This document shows, piece after piece, positions 1 through 9,423 of a DNA stretch of 64,000 bases. How positions within the stretch are numbered: position 1 is the first letter of the stretch; the number at the start of each line of letters is the position of its first letter. A program made the position numbers and the translations under genes. The stretch comes from an uncultured Spirochaetota bacterium (GTDB taxonomy: Bacteria > Spirochaetota > Spirochaetia > SZUA-6 > Fen-1364). The stretch lies in assembly GCA_963781885.1 (NCBI GenBank), contig CAWAHW010000003.1:96001-160000 (forward strand), in the 5' to 3' direction. The notes beneath the pieces are model-generated. The model did not search any database. It was not told the origin of the DNA and worked only from the letters and a program-made list of their open reading frames with translations.

Positions 1-614
1 CCGCGCGAGCGCGCCCAGTCTGCGAGCTCCTGCGTGCAGACCTTGATCTGGTTGACCGTGCCGGGCAGGGCGTTTATTTCGCGCGTGTAGAGGGTCTGCA
101 GCGAGTCGATGATGATGAGCACCGGCTTCACCTTCTCCAGGACCTGCACGATGGCGGTGAGCTCCGTCTCCGCCAGCACCTCGATGCGCTCCGAGGAGAC
201 GCGAAGCCGGTCCGCCCGCATGCGAAGCTGACCGGGGGACTCCTCACCGGACACGTAGAGGCTCCTGCCGGGGGCGGCAACGCGCGCGGCGATCTGCAGC
301 ATGAGCGTGGACTTGCCGATGCCTGGCTCCCCGCCGACGAGCACGGAAGAGCCCCGCATGAGCCCGCCTCCCAGCACCCGGTTCATCTCTTCGATGCCGG
401 TGTCCAGGCGCATGCCGTCGCGCGTTTCTATTGATGACAAGGGCACCGGAAGGGCGGCGGCATGCGCGCGCGCCGCCGCGCCGCGCGGCGGCTCCTCATC
501 GGCGCTCGCCTCCGCAAAGCTGTTCCATGTCCCGCATTCCGGGCATCGGCCCAGCCAGCGCGGCTCCCGGTGGCCGCAACCCGCGCATTCGAAGAGAGTC
601 CTGGTTTTTGCCAC
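1..614 (-). CDS. radA: DNA repair protein RadA/Sms (5' part, runs off window start)
   Basis: Minus strand from GTG 614 reads VAKTRTLFECAGCGHREPRWLGRCPECGTWNSF (C4 zinc finger), then Walker A GGEPGIGKSTL, YVSGEES and IIDSLQT. Confidence 0.95.
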   Translation of the reverse strand, partial: MAKTRTLFECAGCGHREPRWLGRCPECGTWNSFAEASADEEPPRGAAARAHAAALPVPLSSIETRDGMRLDTGIEEMNRVLGGGLMRGSSVLVGGEPGIGKSTLMLQIAARVAAPGRSLYVSGEESPGQLRMRADRLRVSSERIEVLAETELTAIVQVLEKVKPVLIIIDSLQTLYTREINALPGTVNQIKVCTQELADWARSR

Positions 615-744
615 GCTTTTCCTGCTGCCGAGCATAGGGGCGTCCCGCCGCGCTGTCAATTGCGGGCGCGCGGCGTCCGCGCGCGGAGGCCGCTCTGTTG
701 AATGCTCCTGCCCGGCATACTATGATCCCGACGAGAGACTTCCT

Positions 745-2699
745 TTGAAGGTCAGTCAGCCAGGATCCCGCTCCATCCTCATCGTCTCGGACAATGGCGT
801 GGCCGTGCACGTCCCTTACCGCATGGACTGGAACGGGCAGGAGCGGCCCGCGGAGAGCATCGTGCTCACGCCGCCCGGCAAGGCCGGCCGAGGCGGTACC
901 CCGAATCCGGACGCCCGGCCCGTGGCCTGGGAAGTGCGGGCCTTCTTCCTTTTCGGCGAGATCAGGGACCGGATCACGGCGGACCAGGCGGGCATCTGCC
1001 TGGAGAGGTCCTGGCTCGTGAAGACGACCGGTTCGCTCCATCTCAGCATCGACGTCGAGCTCGACGCGGCGGAAGACCTCCAATGCCTCTTTCCCGGGGT
1101 GCATGCCGCAGCGGGATTGCCGGCCGCAACGCTCTCCTTTCTGGCCGAAAAGACCAGCTATCCCGCGGGGTTGCTGCTCTCCTTCGGCCGCAAGGGCGTG
1201 CTCGTCTTCTCCCGCTCGCCCCTGTGCGAAGGCACGCCGGCGAGCATCGGAATCGCCCGGCCCGAGCGGCAGGACGAGCCGTCGCGTCTCCAGGTGACGG
1301 TGAGGTTCCCGGGCGTTGAAGAGCCGCCGGTCGCATCGGGCCCCGACCAGCCGACGTCCAGCCGCCGCAAGAGGTCGTACTGGACTCTCCGGGGAGTCTC
1401 GAACGCCGGCACGAGCTATTCCTGGTCTCCGCCTCCCGCGCGGGGCTCGTTCTGGGGGGTGCCTCTTCCGTGCTCCAGAGACTCCGGCCGCGCGTCGGGC
1501 GGAAGCTTCCGGCGGAGAGAAGCGTCGATGAGGCGATCCTGGCCGATGCAATGGACGCGGCGCTTTCCACGCACTTCGTGCAGGCGGGCGGCGTTGCCGG
1601 CATGCGCGAAACGCCCGGCAGCTCGTGGCTGTCCTCTGCGGCGGGGCTGGGCAGCGCTCTGGCATTGCGCAGGCTGTTTCCCGGCGACGAGCGCCGCGGC
1701 GAGCTTGCCTTGCGGCTTGCTGATTTCGCGCTCAAGGGACAGATCCCCTCGGGCTTCTTCCACGAGAGCTACAACGTCGAATCGGGGCGATGGAGAGGCG
1801 TGCGCGGCGAGACGGCCCGCACCCTGCTGTCGCTCGCGCACTCCGCGCATATCGCCGAGCTCCTGCTCGACCTCGTGGACGAGCTGTCGCGGGAGGGCAG
1901 GCCCTTTGAGAAGTACTATCTTGCGGCGCTCAGATTCGTCGAGTTCTTCCTGGATGAGAAGGGCAGGCTCAGCATGCCGGGGGCGCTGCATCTCCCCGCT
2001 GAACGCTCGCCCGCGTCAGCCCATCCCTCCTCGCTCGGCGGCCTGGAGCTTTTCTTCCCCATGGCATCCGTCTATGTCCGGACCGGGCGTGACCGGTACA
2101 AGAAAGCCCTCGACCAGCTCGTGAAGCGCTTTGCCGGCCTGGGGTGGGACCCCTTCCAGCCGCCGACCTCGCGCGAAGGGCGCGGACCGGACTCTGCCGG
2201 CGCGCAGCTGGCCGCGCGCCTTTTCCTGCGCATGCGCGGCCTCGGATGGAAGACCGTCGAGCAGCCGACCAGCAGCCGCGCCGAGGCCGCGGTGCGCGCA
2301 GGGGAGAGCGCGCGGCTCTTCGCGTCGCTGCTCGTGCCCTGGGTCCGCGTGCACGCGGAGGAGCCTGCCGCGAAAACCGCGCCGGCGGGCTGCATCGCCG
2401 ACTCCGCCGAGCGCCAGAGGCTCCTCTTTTCGGGAAATGAGACGGCGCTTCTCCTCCTGCGGCTTGGCGCGCTCTGCGCAGATGCGGATGTGAAAACACT
2501 TCTGCGGTCGATCGCGCGGCTTTGTCTTGAGGCTTCGGCTGCCGCCCCTCTGGGCACTGCCTGGCTTCAGCATACCGCGTGGAACGAGGAGGGGAAGACG
2601 GACGGGCGCCGGGGAAAGAGGGGGCCCGTGGATTCGCGTCGGCTCGCCCGGGAGGTGCTCGCCGCGCTTTCCATCGCGGCGGAGTTCCCGAGGATCTAG
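745..2699 (+). CDS. Large hypothetical protein, C-terminal half possibly alpha/alpha-barrel-like; frameshift near 1325
   Basis: Protein-like text in frame 1 (LKVSQPGSRSILIVSDNG...VRFPGVEEP) switches near 1325 to the frame of ORF 1470..2699 (GRIGPRPADVQPPQEVVLDSPG...ALRLADFALKGQIPSGFFHESY). TTG start at 745 is a guess. Confidence 0.6.
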
Positions 2700-4330
2700 A
2701 AGAGCTTCCGCGCGATGGGGATGCGGCGGCCCGTGCCGAAGGCCTTCGGCGACACCTTCAGGACGGGGGGCGCCTGCCGCCGCTTGTATTCGGCCTTTTC
2801 CACCATCGCAATGATGGAGCGCACGAGCGCCGCGTCGAAGCCGCATCCGGCGATGTCGGCGGCCGACATGTTCTTTACCAGGTACTTCTCCAATACCGCG
2901 TCCAGCGTCTCATACGGCGGCAGCGAGTCCTGGTCCTTCTGGTCGGGACGCAGCTCGGCGGAGGGTGCCTTGTCGATGATGGCCTGCGGTATCAGCGGCG
3001 TGCGCGCATTGATCCCGCGGGCAACCGCGTAGACCTGCACCTTGAAAAGATCGCCGATCACGGCGAGCCCGCCGCTCATGTCGCCGTAGAGCGTGCAGTA
3101 GCCGGTGGCGAGCTCCGACTTGTTTCCCGTCGTGAGCAGGAGCGAGTTGAGCTTGTTGGAGTACGCCATGAGGAGCGTTCCCCGGATCCTCGCCTGGATG
3201 TTCTCCTCCGTGATGTCGGGCGCCCGGCCGGCGAAGACGGGCGCCAGCGCGCGCAGGTAGGTGGAAAAGATTTCCTCGATGGGCAGGATCTGAAGCTCAA
3301 GGCCAAGCGCCTCCGCAAGGGCGCGCGCGTCGGTGACGCTGCCCTCCGACGAGTAGCGCGACGGCATGCCGAAGACCTCCACCTTGTCAGGGCCCAGCGC
3401 CTTCACCGCGAGCACGGCGACGAGCGCCGAATCGATGCCGCCGGAGAGCCCGAGATGCACCCGGGTGAAACCGCATTTCCGCACGTAGTCGCGGATGCCG
3501 AGCACGAGGCCGGCCTCGATCTGGCTCACGGGATCATCCGGCAGGGGGACGGCGGGTCCCGTCGCGGCCGTGTCCACGACGGCAAGCTCTTCTTCGAATG
3601 CCTTGCCCAGGTGAACCAGCGCGCCGGCGGCGGACGTGAGCATCGACTGGCCGTCGAAGATGATGTTGTCGTTCGCGCCGACGGTGTTGACGTAGACCAC
3701 GGGCACGCCTGAGTTCTTGCCGATGCTGGAAAGCAGGGCGAGCCGTATGCGCGGCATGCCGGGATGGAACGGCGAGGCTGAGGGGGAGATGATGAGCGTG
3801 GCGCCGGCATCCAGAAGCTCGGCGACAGGGTCCACGGGGTAGCGCAGGCCCGCGGCGGCCTCCGCCTCCCACCAGATGTCCTCGCAAATGGCGATGCCAA
3901 TGCGCTCGCCGCCGAACGGCACGACGGTGCGGCTTTCCGCACTCTCGAACCACCGCGCCTCGTCGAAGACGTCGTAGGTGGGAAGCAGGGTCTTTGCCTG
4001 TGTATGGATGATCTTTCCGTCGCAAAGGAGCGAGGCGACATTGCGCAGCGCCTTGCCGGGCCTGCCGCGGTTGCGGTCCACGTAGCCGACGACGATGCCG
4101 ATCCCCTTCGGCGCGCCGGACTGCACGCTGCGCAGCGCCTTCAGGTTCTCCTCCACGAACACGTCGTATTCCAGCAGGTCCATGGGCGGGTAGCCGCAGA
4201 GGCAAAGCTCGGGAAAGACCACGAGGGCGCAACCGGCCGCGGCCGCCTGCGTGGAGAGCGCGACGACCTTCGCGCAATTGCCCGTGAAGTCCCCGATCAC
4301 CGGGTTGATCTGGCCGCAGGCGACCTTCAT
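2696..4330 (-). CDS. nadE: Glutamine-dependent NAD+ synthetase
   Basis: N-terminal nitrilase domain (FPELCLCGY, K, ICEDIW) plus synthetase motifs GLSGGIDS, ENIQARIR, GNKSE, PSAELRPDQKD, EYKRRQAPP. Confidence 0.97.
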   Translation of the reverse strand: MKVACGQINPVIGDFTGNCAKVVALSTQAAAAGCALVVFPELCLCGYPPMDLLEYDVFVEENLKALRSVQSGAPKGIGIVVGYVDRNRGRPGKALRNVASLLCDGKIIHTQAKTLLPTYDVFDEARWFESAESRTVVPFGGERIGIAICEDIWWEAEAAAGLRYPVDPVAELLDAGATLIISPSASPFHPGMPRIRLALLSSIGKNSGVPVVYVNTVGANDNIIFDGQSMLTSAAGALVHLGKAFEEELAVVDTAATGPAVPLPDDPVSQIEAGLVLGIRDYVRKCGFTRVHLGLSGGIDSALVAVLAVKALGPDKVEVFGMPSRYSSEGSVTDARALAEALGLELQILPIEEIFSTYLRALAPVFAGRAPDITEENIQARIRGTLLMAYSNKLNSLLLTTGNKSELATGYCTLYGDMSGGLAVIGDLFKVQVYAVARGINARTPLIPQAIIDKAPSAELRPDQKDQDSLPPYETLDAVLEKYLVKNMSAADIAGCGFDAALVRSIIAMVEKAEYKRRQAPPVLKVSPKAFGTGRRIPIARKLF

Positions 4331-4354
4331 ACGACTCTCCTCATGCGCCCCAAT

Positions 4355-5962
4355 CTACCAAGGAAGGCCGGCAGGGGCAATCCAGTGCGCGGCGCGATGC
4401 AGGGCGGCGTTTTGAATTGACCCTCGCCGCCGGTCACGGTAGTATGACGCGATGCCCCGCACCGTCCTGATCACCGAAGGAGACTCCCCTCTGGGAGGCG
4501 CGCTCACCCGGCTGCTCGCTGCCCGCGGTTTCAGCGTCGTCGCGACGCGCGACCGCGCGGGCTCCGATGCGACGATGCCCGCGGGCTCGCTTGCCCACGT
4601 GCACGCGGTGGCGTGGAACCGCCGCTCGCCGGTGTCCGCGCGCTCGCTGATCCTCGACGCCGTGAGCCTTTCCGGTGCGCACGAAAACGCGGGCGGTCTC
4701 GACGAGGCAATCATCCTGGAGCCCCCGTGGCCCGCGGGCGCGCGGCTGGAGGAGGCCTCCAGCGCGGACATCGAGAGATCCTTCGACGAGGCAAAGGGTC
4801 CGCTGTTCGTCGCGCGGGAGGTCCTGGCTCTTTTCGCGCGCCGCGGCGCGGGGGTCCTTGCCTTTGTCATGGGAGCCCCCGGTCCCGGTCCCCTGGAGGC
4901 CGGGCTCCAGGCAGGCCTCCACGGCACCGCCGCCGGCATTCTCGCTGCCCCCCGGGACGCGTCAGTGCTCGTGAACGGTTTCCAGACCTCCTCCCCGGAG
5001 ATTGAAGAGTACGCGCAATTCATCGACAAGACGCTCGAGGAGCGGGCGCGCAGGATCGGCGGCCGCTGGTTCACCTGCCCTGCGCGCGGAGGCTTTTTCC
5101 GCAGGGCACCCTCGGCCGGTCTCTCTCCGGGCAGGCGCGCCAACACGTCGAGCTGGTGCGCGCAAAAAACGAGCTCTGCGTCGGCAATCTGCTGCCGTCG
5201 GCGGGCAAGCCACCCCTGCAGCGCGGCGGGCTCCACCTCTGGCCTGTGCGCGAGCGACTCCTCCATGAACGTGAGGATGCACGACAGAAAAAACGCCTCG
5301 TCAGCGGGGTACCTGCCGTCGCGGGGAAAGACCACCCAGTCGGACGAGCCTGCCTCCGCGATGCGATAGCCGCACCGGGGGAGGAGCGTGAGCAGGTGCC
5401 TGCCGCAGCGGCTGTCGCCCGACACCACCCCGTCGACCACGCGCTCGTCCATGGTCCGGTGATAGGCGTCGACGACCAGGCGATCCAGCACGGGATCGAT
5501 CTCGGGCTCCAAGGCCGTAAGACCGTCGAAGGTGATTGAAAAAAGCGCCCGCGCCCCCGGTGCTCCCAGCCGGGCGATGCTCCGCAGCGCAGCCTCGGGA
5601 TCGAAGAGATCCAGGAACGCGTTTGCCACCAGGAGATCGGCGGGGGGGAATCCCGAGTCGAGATACGCATCGAGGGTCGATGCGGAAAGCTCGGCAGGGA
5701 ATCCCAGCCCGGCCGGCAGCCTCCTCCGCGCCTCATCGACAAGACCGGGTTCCGCGTCGATCATCGTCCAAAGCGACGGCCGCAGCCTGCCGTCGGAGGC
5801 CACCCGACCGATCATCGTGCCGATGCCGCCCCCCAGCTCCAGGACCCGGGGGCGACTCCCCTCGAAGGCATGCACCATCGCGTCCCAGACGTTGCGGTTC
5901 AGAGACCTGTCGTCCACGCTCCTTTTTGCCGCCAGGTAGCGGATGAATGTCGTCTCCTCCAC
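4355..5962 (-). CDS. Class I SAM-dependent methyltransferase (folded part about 5130-5962; ORF reads through to 4355)
   Basis: YLAAKRSVDDRSLN, VLELGGGIGTM (motif I), ANAFLDL, GSSDWVVFP, AHQLDVLAR. Confidence 0.8.
   Translation of the reverse strand: MEETTFIRYLAAKRSVDDRSLNRNVWDAMVHAFEGSRPRVLELGGGIGTMIGRVASDGRLRPSLWTMIDAEPGLVDEARRRLPAGLGFPAELSASTLDAYLDSGFPPADLLVANAFLDLFDPEAALRSIARLGAPGARALFSITFDGLTALEPEIDPVLDRLVVDAYHRTMDERVVDGVVSGDSRCGRHLLTLLPRCGYRIAEAGSSDWVVFPRDGRYPADEAFFLSCILTFMEESLAHRPEVEPAALQGWLARRRQQIADAELVFCAHQLDVLARLPGERPAEGALRKKPPRAGQVNQRPPILRARSSSVLSMNCAYSSISGEEVWKPFTSTDASRGAARMPAAVPWRPAWSPASRGPGPGAPMTKARTPAPRRAKRARTSRATNSGPFASSKDLSMSALEASSSRAPAGHGGSRMIASSRPPAFSCAPERLTASRISERADTGERRFHATACTWASEPAGIVASEPARSRVATTLKPRAASSRVSAPPRGESPSVIRTVRGIASYYRDRRRGSIQNAALHRAAHWIAPAGLPW
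4452..5369 (+). CDS. Atypical SDR/Rossmann-fold protein; 3' end uncertain (protein-like to about 5100)
   Basis: MPRTVLITEGDSPLGGALTRLLAARG is a degenerate TGxxxGxG start. The tail after RWFTCP reads antisense to the methyltransferase. Confidence 0.6.
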   Translation: MPRTVLITEGDSPLGGALTRLLAARGFSVVATRDRAGSDATMPAGSLAHVHAVAWNRRSPVSARSLILDAVSLSGAHENAGGLDEAIILEPPWPAGARLEEASSADIERSFDEAKGPLFVAREVLALFARRGAGVLAFVMGAPGPGPLEAGLQAGLHGTAAGILAAPRDASVLVNGFQTSSPEIEEYAQFIDKTLEERARRIGGRWFTCPARGGFFRRAPSAGLSPGRRANTSSWCAQKTSSASAICCRRRASHPCSAAGSTSGLCASDSSMNVRMHDRKNASSAGYLPSRGKTTQSDEPASAMR

Positions 5963-7046
5963 TCAGCGTGCCTCGAGCTGCTCCCCCAGGAAGGTGCGCG
6001 CCGCCTCCATGCTCGCCTGCCAGCCTGCGAAGGCCGCGAATCGCCGCCGCGCGCCAGCGCTGAGCGCGGACAGGCGCGCCCTGTCGGTCGCGAGCATCCG
6101 CAAGGCGCGGGCGAGCGCGCGCGATCTGCCCACCGGGAAGAGGATGCCGCTGCCTTCATCCACGATCTCCGGCGTGCCGCCCGCGCGGCTTGCGACGGGC
6201 ACGACGCCAAAGCCCATGGCTTCGAGCGTCACGATGCCGAAGCCCTCGTACCGGCTGGGCACGACAAGAACATGGTGGGTGCGCAAGGCCTGCGCGAGGG
6301 AGTCGTCATCCAGGGTGCCCGTCCATTGCACGTTTCGTTCCAGCTGCCGCGTCCTGATCGACGTCTCCAAGGAGCGCCGTGTAGACCGGATCCACGTCCC
6401 GCGACCCTGCAATCGACAGGCGCCACCGATCCGCGGGAAGCATGTCCAGCGCCGGCACGAGGGTGTGCAGGCCCTTGCGAGGGATGACGTTCCCGACGAA
6501 GAGAATGCGCAGAGGTCCCGTCTCCGTGCAGCGGCGCGCGATCTCCTCCTCCGATGGTCCCGGGCCGAGCCTGTCTCCGCCCGGGGGCGCAACGATGGCA
6601 CGCGCGGGCGCTCCCCGTAGCGATTCGACCGTGCGGCGGGTCGTCGCGGAGTTGAAGATGAACGCATCGACGCTGCGGAGGTAGGCGCGCTCGACGGCCA
6701 CGTGCCCGCGGCTCCGAAGCCATCCGTCGCCTTCAGAAGTCCAGAGGTGATGGACGATGCCGACGATCGGCACGCCTGTTTTTACGCGCAGCTCGCCATT
6801 CAGCAAGTAGAGCGAGGCGTGGGCAAGCTCGTCCTCCAGCAGGAGGTCTCCCCTCCAGGAGAAAAGAGCTTCGCGGACGGGCGCATCCCCGTGGTGACCG
6901 CGCGCCTCCGCGTAGCTCACCCAGGGAAGCGAGATGATGTCGACCGTGTCGCCGTGCCCGCGCAGACAGTCGACGAGCAGGCGGTCGTACAGGAAGCCGC
7001 CGGAGATCGTTTCAATGCCGCCGTAAATGACGAGCCCGATGTGCAT
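5963..7046 (-). CDS. Glycosyltransferase family 4; frameshift near 6370
   Basis: N-part MHIGLVIYGG...SGGFLYDR...FVGNVIPRKG (frame of 6306..7082) joins C-part VVPSRYEGFGIVTLEAMGFG (frame of 5963..6667). Confidence 0.88.
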
Positions 7047-7053
7047 GCCTGCC

Positions 7054-7435
7054 TCAGCCTGTGACGGGGGCGGGCGCTTCATAGCCTGCCCACGCGGAAT
7101 CGTTTTCCCAGAGCCTTACCGCGCACGACGTCCGCGCCGGAAGCCCCGTGGAGAGCCGCTCCCAGAGCAGACGCACGAAGACTTCAAGCGATGGGTTGCG
7201 GCCCTCGAAATCTGCAAGCTCGTTCAGGAGCGCACCCTCGTAGCGCGCGAGCGTCCGGCTCGAGGCTCTTTTCCACCTCGATGAGGTCGACGAGATAGCC
7301 GCGTGCGTCGAGCTCCGCCGCGCGCAATTCCCACTCGATGCGATAGGCGTGGGCGTGCGGCGCGCCCTCCGGTCCGTCGCTTTCCCGCAGGAAGTGCCGC
7401 GCGCTGAATGCGCGCTGGAGGCACAATCTGTACAT
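7054..7435 (-). CDS. 6-pyruvoyl-tetrahydropterin synthase / QueD-like (COG0720) protein; frameshift near 7257
   Basis: MYRLCLQRAFSARHFL...GPEGAPHAHAY...GYLVDL joins LNELADFEGRNPSLE...VRLWE. Three Zn-binding His and the NPSxE motif are present. Confidence 0.85.
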
Positions 7436-7571
7436 CGAGTCAATGTAAAACTGCGCGGCGGGGCGAGCAAGACCCCCGGCCACGCCGGCCGCGGTACTCC
7501 GCGGCATTCGTAGCCTACCGTGGCTGCGGTATTCCGCGGCAATTGTATTCCGTGGCATTATTACGAACAGC

Positions 7572-8447
7572 ATGGAAGCGCGGGAGCGTGTCCTCCTGGA
7601 CATCAACACCCAGGACATCGTCTCGGCCATCGGGTGCCGCAATCTGCGGGTCATGCGCCGCTGGCTCGAGCTCGCCGTGCGCCGCCCCGCCCTTGCCTTC
7701 GCCCGGCAGGTGCTGGCGTTCGACGACGCCGTTGCCGCCGCCGGCATGCGCGACGCCGCGGCCGACCTCCTTTCCGTCTATGCGAACAGCTTCATCGTGC
7801 GAGGAACGGAGCGGATTCCCCCCGCAGGGCCGCTTCTCATCGTGTCCAATCATCCCGGCATGATCGATACCGCGGCCCTCTTTGCGGCCATCCCGCGAAC
7901 GGACCTCCGCATCCTTGCCGCGGACCGCCCCTTTCTCCGCGCCCTCTCTGCCGTTTCGCGGTCCCTCATCTTCATACCCGACGACGCGAGGCGGCGCATG
8001 TCCGCGATGCGCGCCGCAATCGGTCACTTGCGGGCGGGCGGCGCACTCCTCACCTTTCCCGCCGGGGAGATCGAGCCGGATCCTGCCGTGCTGCCCGGCG
8101 CTGCTGCCGCCCTGGACCGCTGGTCTTCGAGCACGGCCACGTTCCTCCGGTTCGCCCCCCGCTCCATCGTCGTGCCCGTGATCGTGAGCGGTGTGCTGTC
8201 GCCCCGCGCGCAGCGGCATCCCCTCACGCGGCTTCGGCGGACGCGCAAGGACAGGGAGTGGCTGGGAGCGATGCTGCAGATCGTGGCGCGTACGGTCTGG
8301 AACCGGTCGTGGCCGGTCCATGCCCGCGTGGATTTCCTTGCGCCGTTCGCGGCAGGCGCGCTCGTCGGCCCGTCGGAAGAGACGACACGCATGGTGCGGG
8401 ACCGGGTGGCGGATTTTCTTCACGCGTCGTGGGAGAAAATGACCTGA
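7572..8447 (+). CDS. Lysophospholipid/glycerol-phosphate acyltransferase family protein
   Basis: HX4D motif SNHPGMID and FPAG motif. Confidence 0.85.
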   Translation: MEARERVLLDINTQDIVSAIGCRNLRVMRRWLELAVRRPALAFARQVLAFDDAVAAAGMRDAAADLLSVYANSFIVRGTERIPPAGPLLIVSNHPGMIDTAALFAAIPRTDLRILAADRPFLRALSAVSRSLIFIPDDARRRMSAMRAAIGHLRAGGALLTFPAGEIEPDPAVLPGAAAALDRWSSSTATFLRFAPRSIVVPVIVSGVLSPRAQRHPLTRLRRTRKDREWLGAMLQIVARTVWNRSWPVHARVDFLAPFAAGALVGPSEETTRMVRDRVADFLHASWEKMT

Positions 8448-9415
8448 ATCGTGTCCCCCGCGCCGGCGGCGATCATGCGATACGCCTCTGGCGCGTGAGA
8501 GAAGGGTATCCTGTGTGTTATCCATCGGGCGGGCGTGAGGCGGCGGATCGCATCCCACGCCGCGTCCATCCTGCGCGGCATGTCCCAGAGACCGGTCAAC
8601 TCGGGCGCAAGGGTGCTCACCTGGCTGGAGATGATGCGCACCCTGCTGCGGTGGAATGCCGTGTCGAAAGCGTCGATCGTCGGCTGCCGGGTCCCATACC
8701 AGGATCCGATCACCAGACGCCCCGAGAAGGCGCAGGAGGCAAGGGCCTGCTGAAATCCCTTTGCCGCGCCGCTCACATCGATGGCAAGGTCTTCCGTTCC
8801 CCGCGGCGGCGATGCGGCCTGCGGATCGCCCGTGACGAGACCCATGACCGCGGCAGCCTCGCGCCTTTTTCCCTGCGGGTCCCACCCGGTCAGTTGCGCG
8901 AGGGGAAACCGGGCGAGCAGGCCGGCCGTGAGCAGGCCGATGACGCCCAGGCCGAATATGCTCACCCGTTCGGCCAGGAGCGGCCGCGCGTCGAGTGTGA
9001 GATTGACGGCCGTCTCGGCGTTCGCCAGAAACGCTGCGTCATCGACGCCGATGCCGTCGGGAACGGCGATTGCCTGCTCGACCGGTATGCAGAACGTCGA
9101 GGCGTGCGGCGCAAAGGCGAAGACGAGACGACCGACGCGCCCGCGGTCCACGCCCGCGCCCGCTTCCTCGATCCTTCCGACGCTCGCGTAGCCGTAGCGC
9201 AAGGGGTAGCGCAGCGGCGCGCGGTAGCCTGCAAGCGTGGCATCGACCGGGGACCCTTCCTCCAGGTAGCCCCTGTAGAAGAGCATCTCCGTTCCCGACG
9301 AGACGGCGCTCACGAGCGAGCGTACAAGAACCTCGCCGGGGCCCGGCGGCTCCTGCGTCTCCTCCCGCACCGTCACGTTTTCGGGTCCCTCGAACCAGAG
9401 AGCCTGCCGCGTCAT
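8420..9415 (-). CDS. Zinc-binding alcohol dehydrogenase (MDR) family protein
   Basis: SAVSSGTE, PLRYGYASVG, GLGVIG, GSWYG, FHRSRVRIISSQV. Confidence 0.9.
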   Translation of the reverse strand: MTRQALWFEGPENVTVREETQEPPGPGEVLVRSLVSAVSSGTEMLFYRGYLEEGSPVDATLAGYRAPLRYPLRYGYASVGRIEEAGAGVDRGRVGRLVFAFAPHASTFCIPVEQAIAVPDGIGVDDAAFLANAETAVNLTLDARPLLAERVSIFGLGVIGLLTAGLLARFPLAQLTGWDPQGKRREAAAVMGLVTGDPQAASPPRGTEDLAIDVSGAAKGFQQALASCAFSGRLVIGSWYGTRQPTIDAFDTAFHRSRVRIISSQVSTLAPELTGLWDMPRRMDAAWDAIRRLTPARWITHRIPFSHAPEAYRMIAAGAGDTIQVIFSHDA

Positions 9416-9423
9416 GCCCGCGC

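Noticed and set aside
7054-7435. Calling the PTPS-like gene queD
   Set aside because: It lacks the CxxxHGH motif and no queC/queE/queF genes are nearby.
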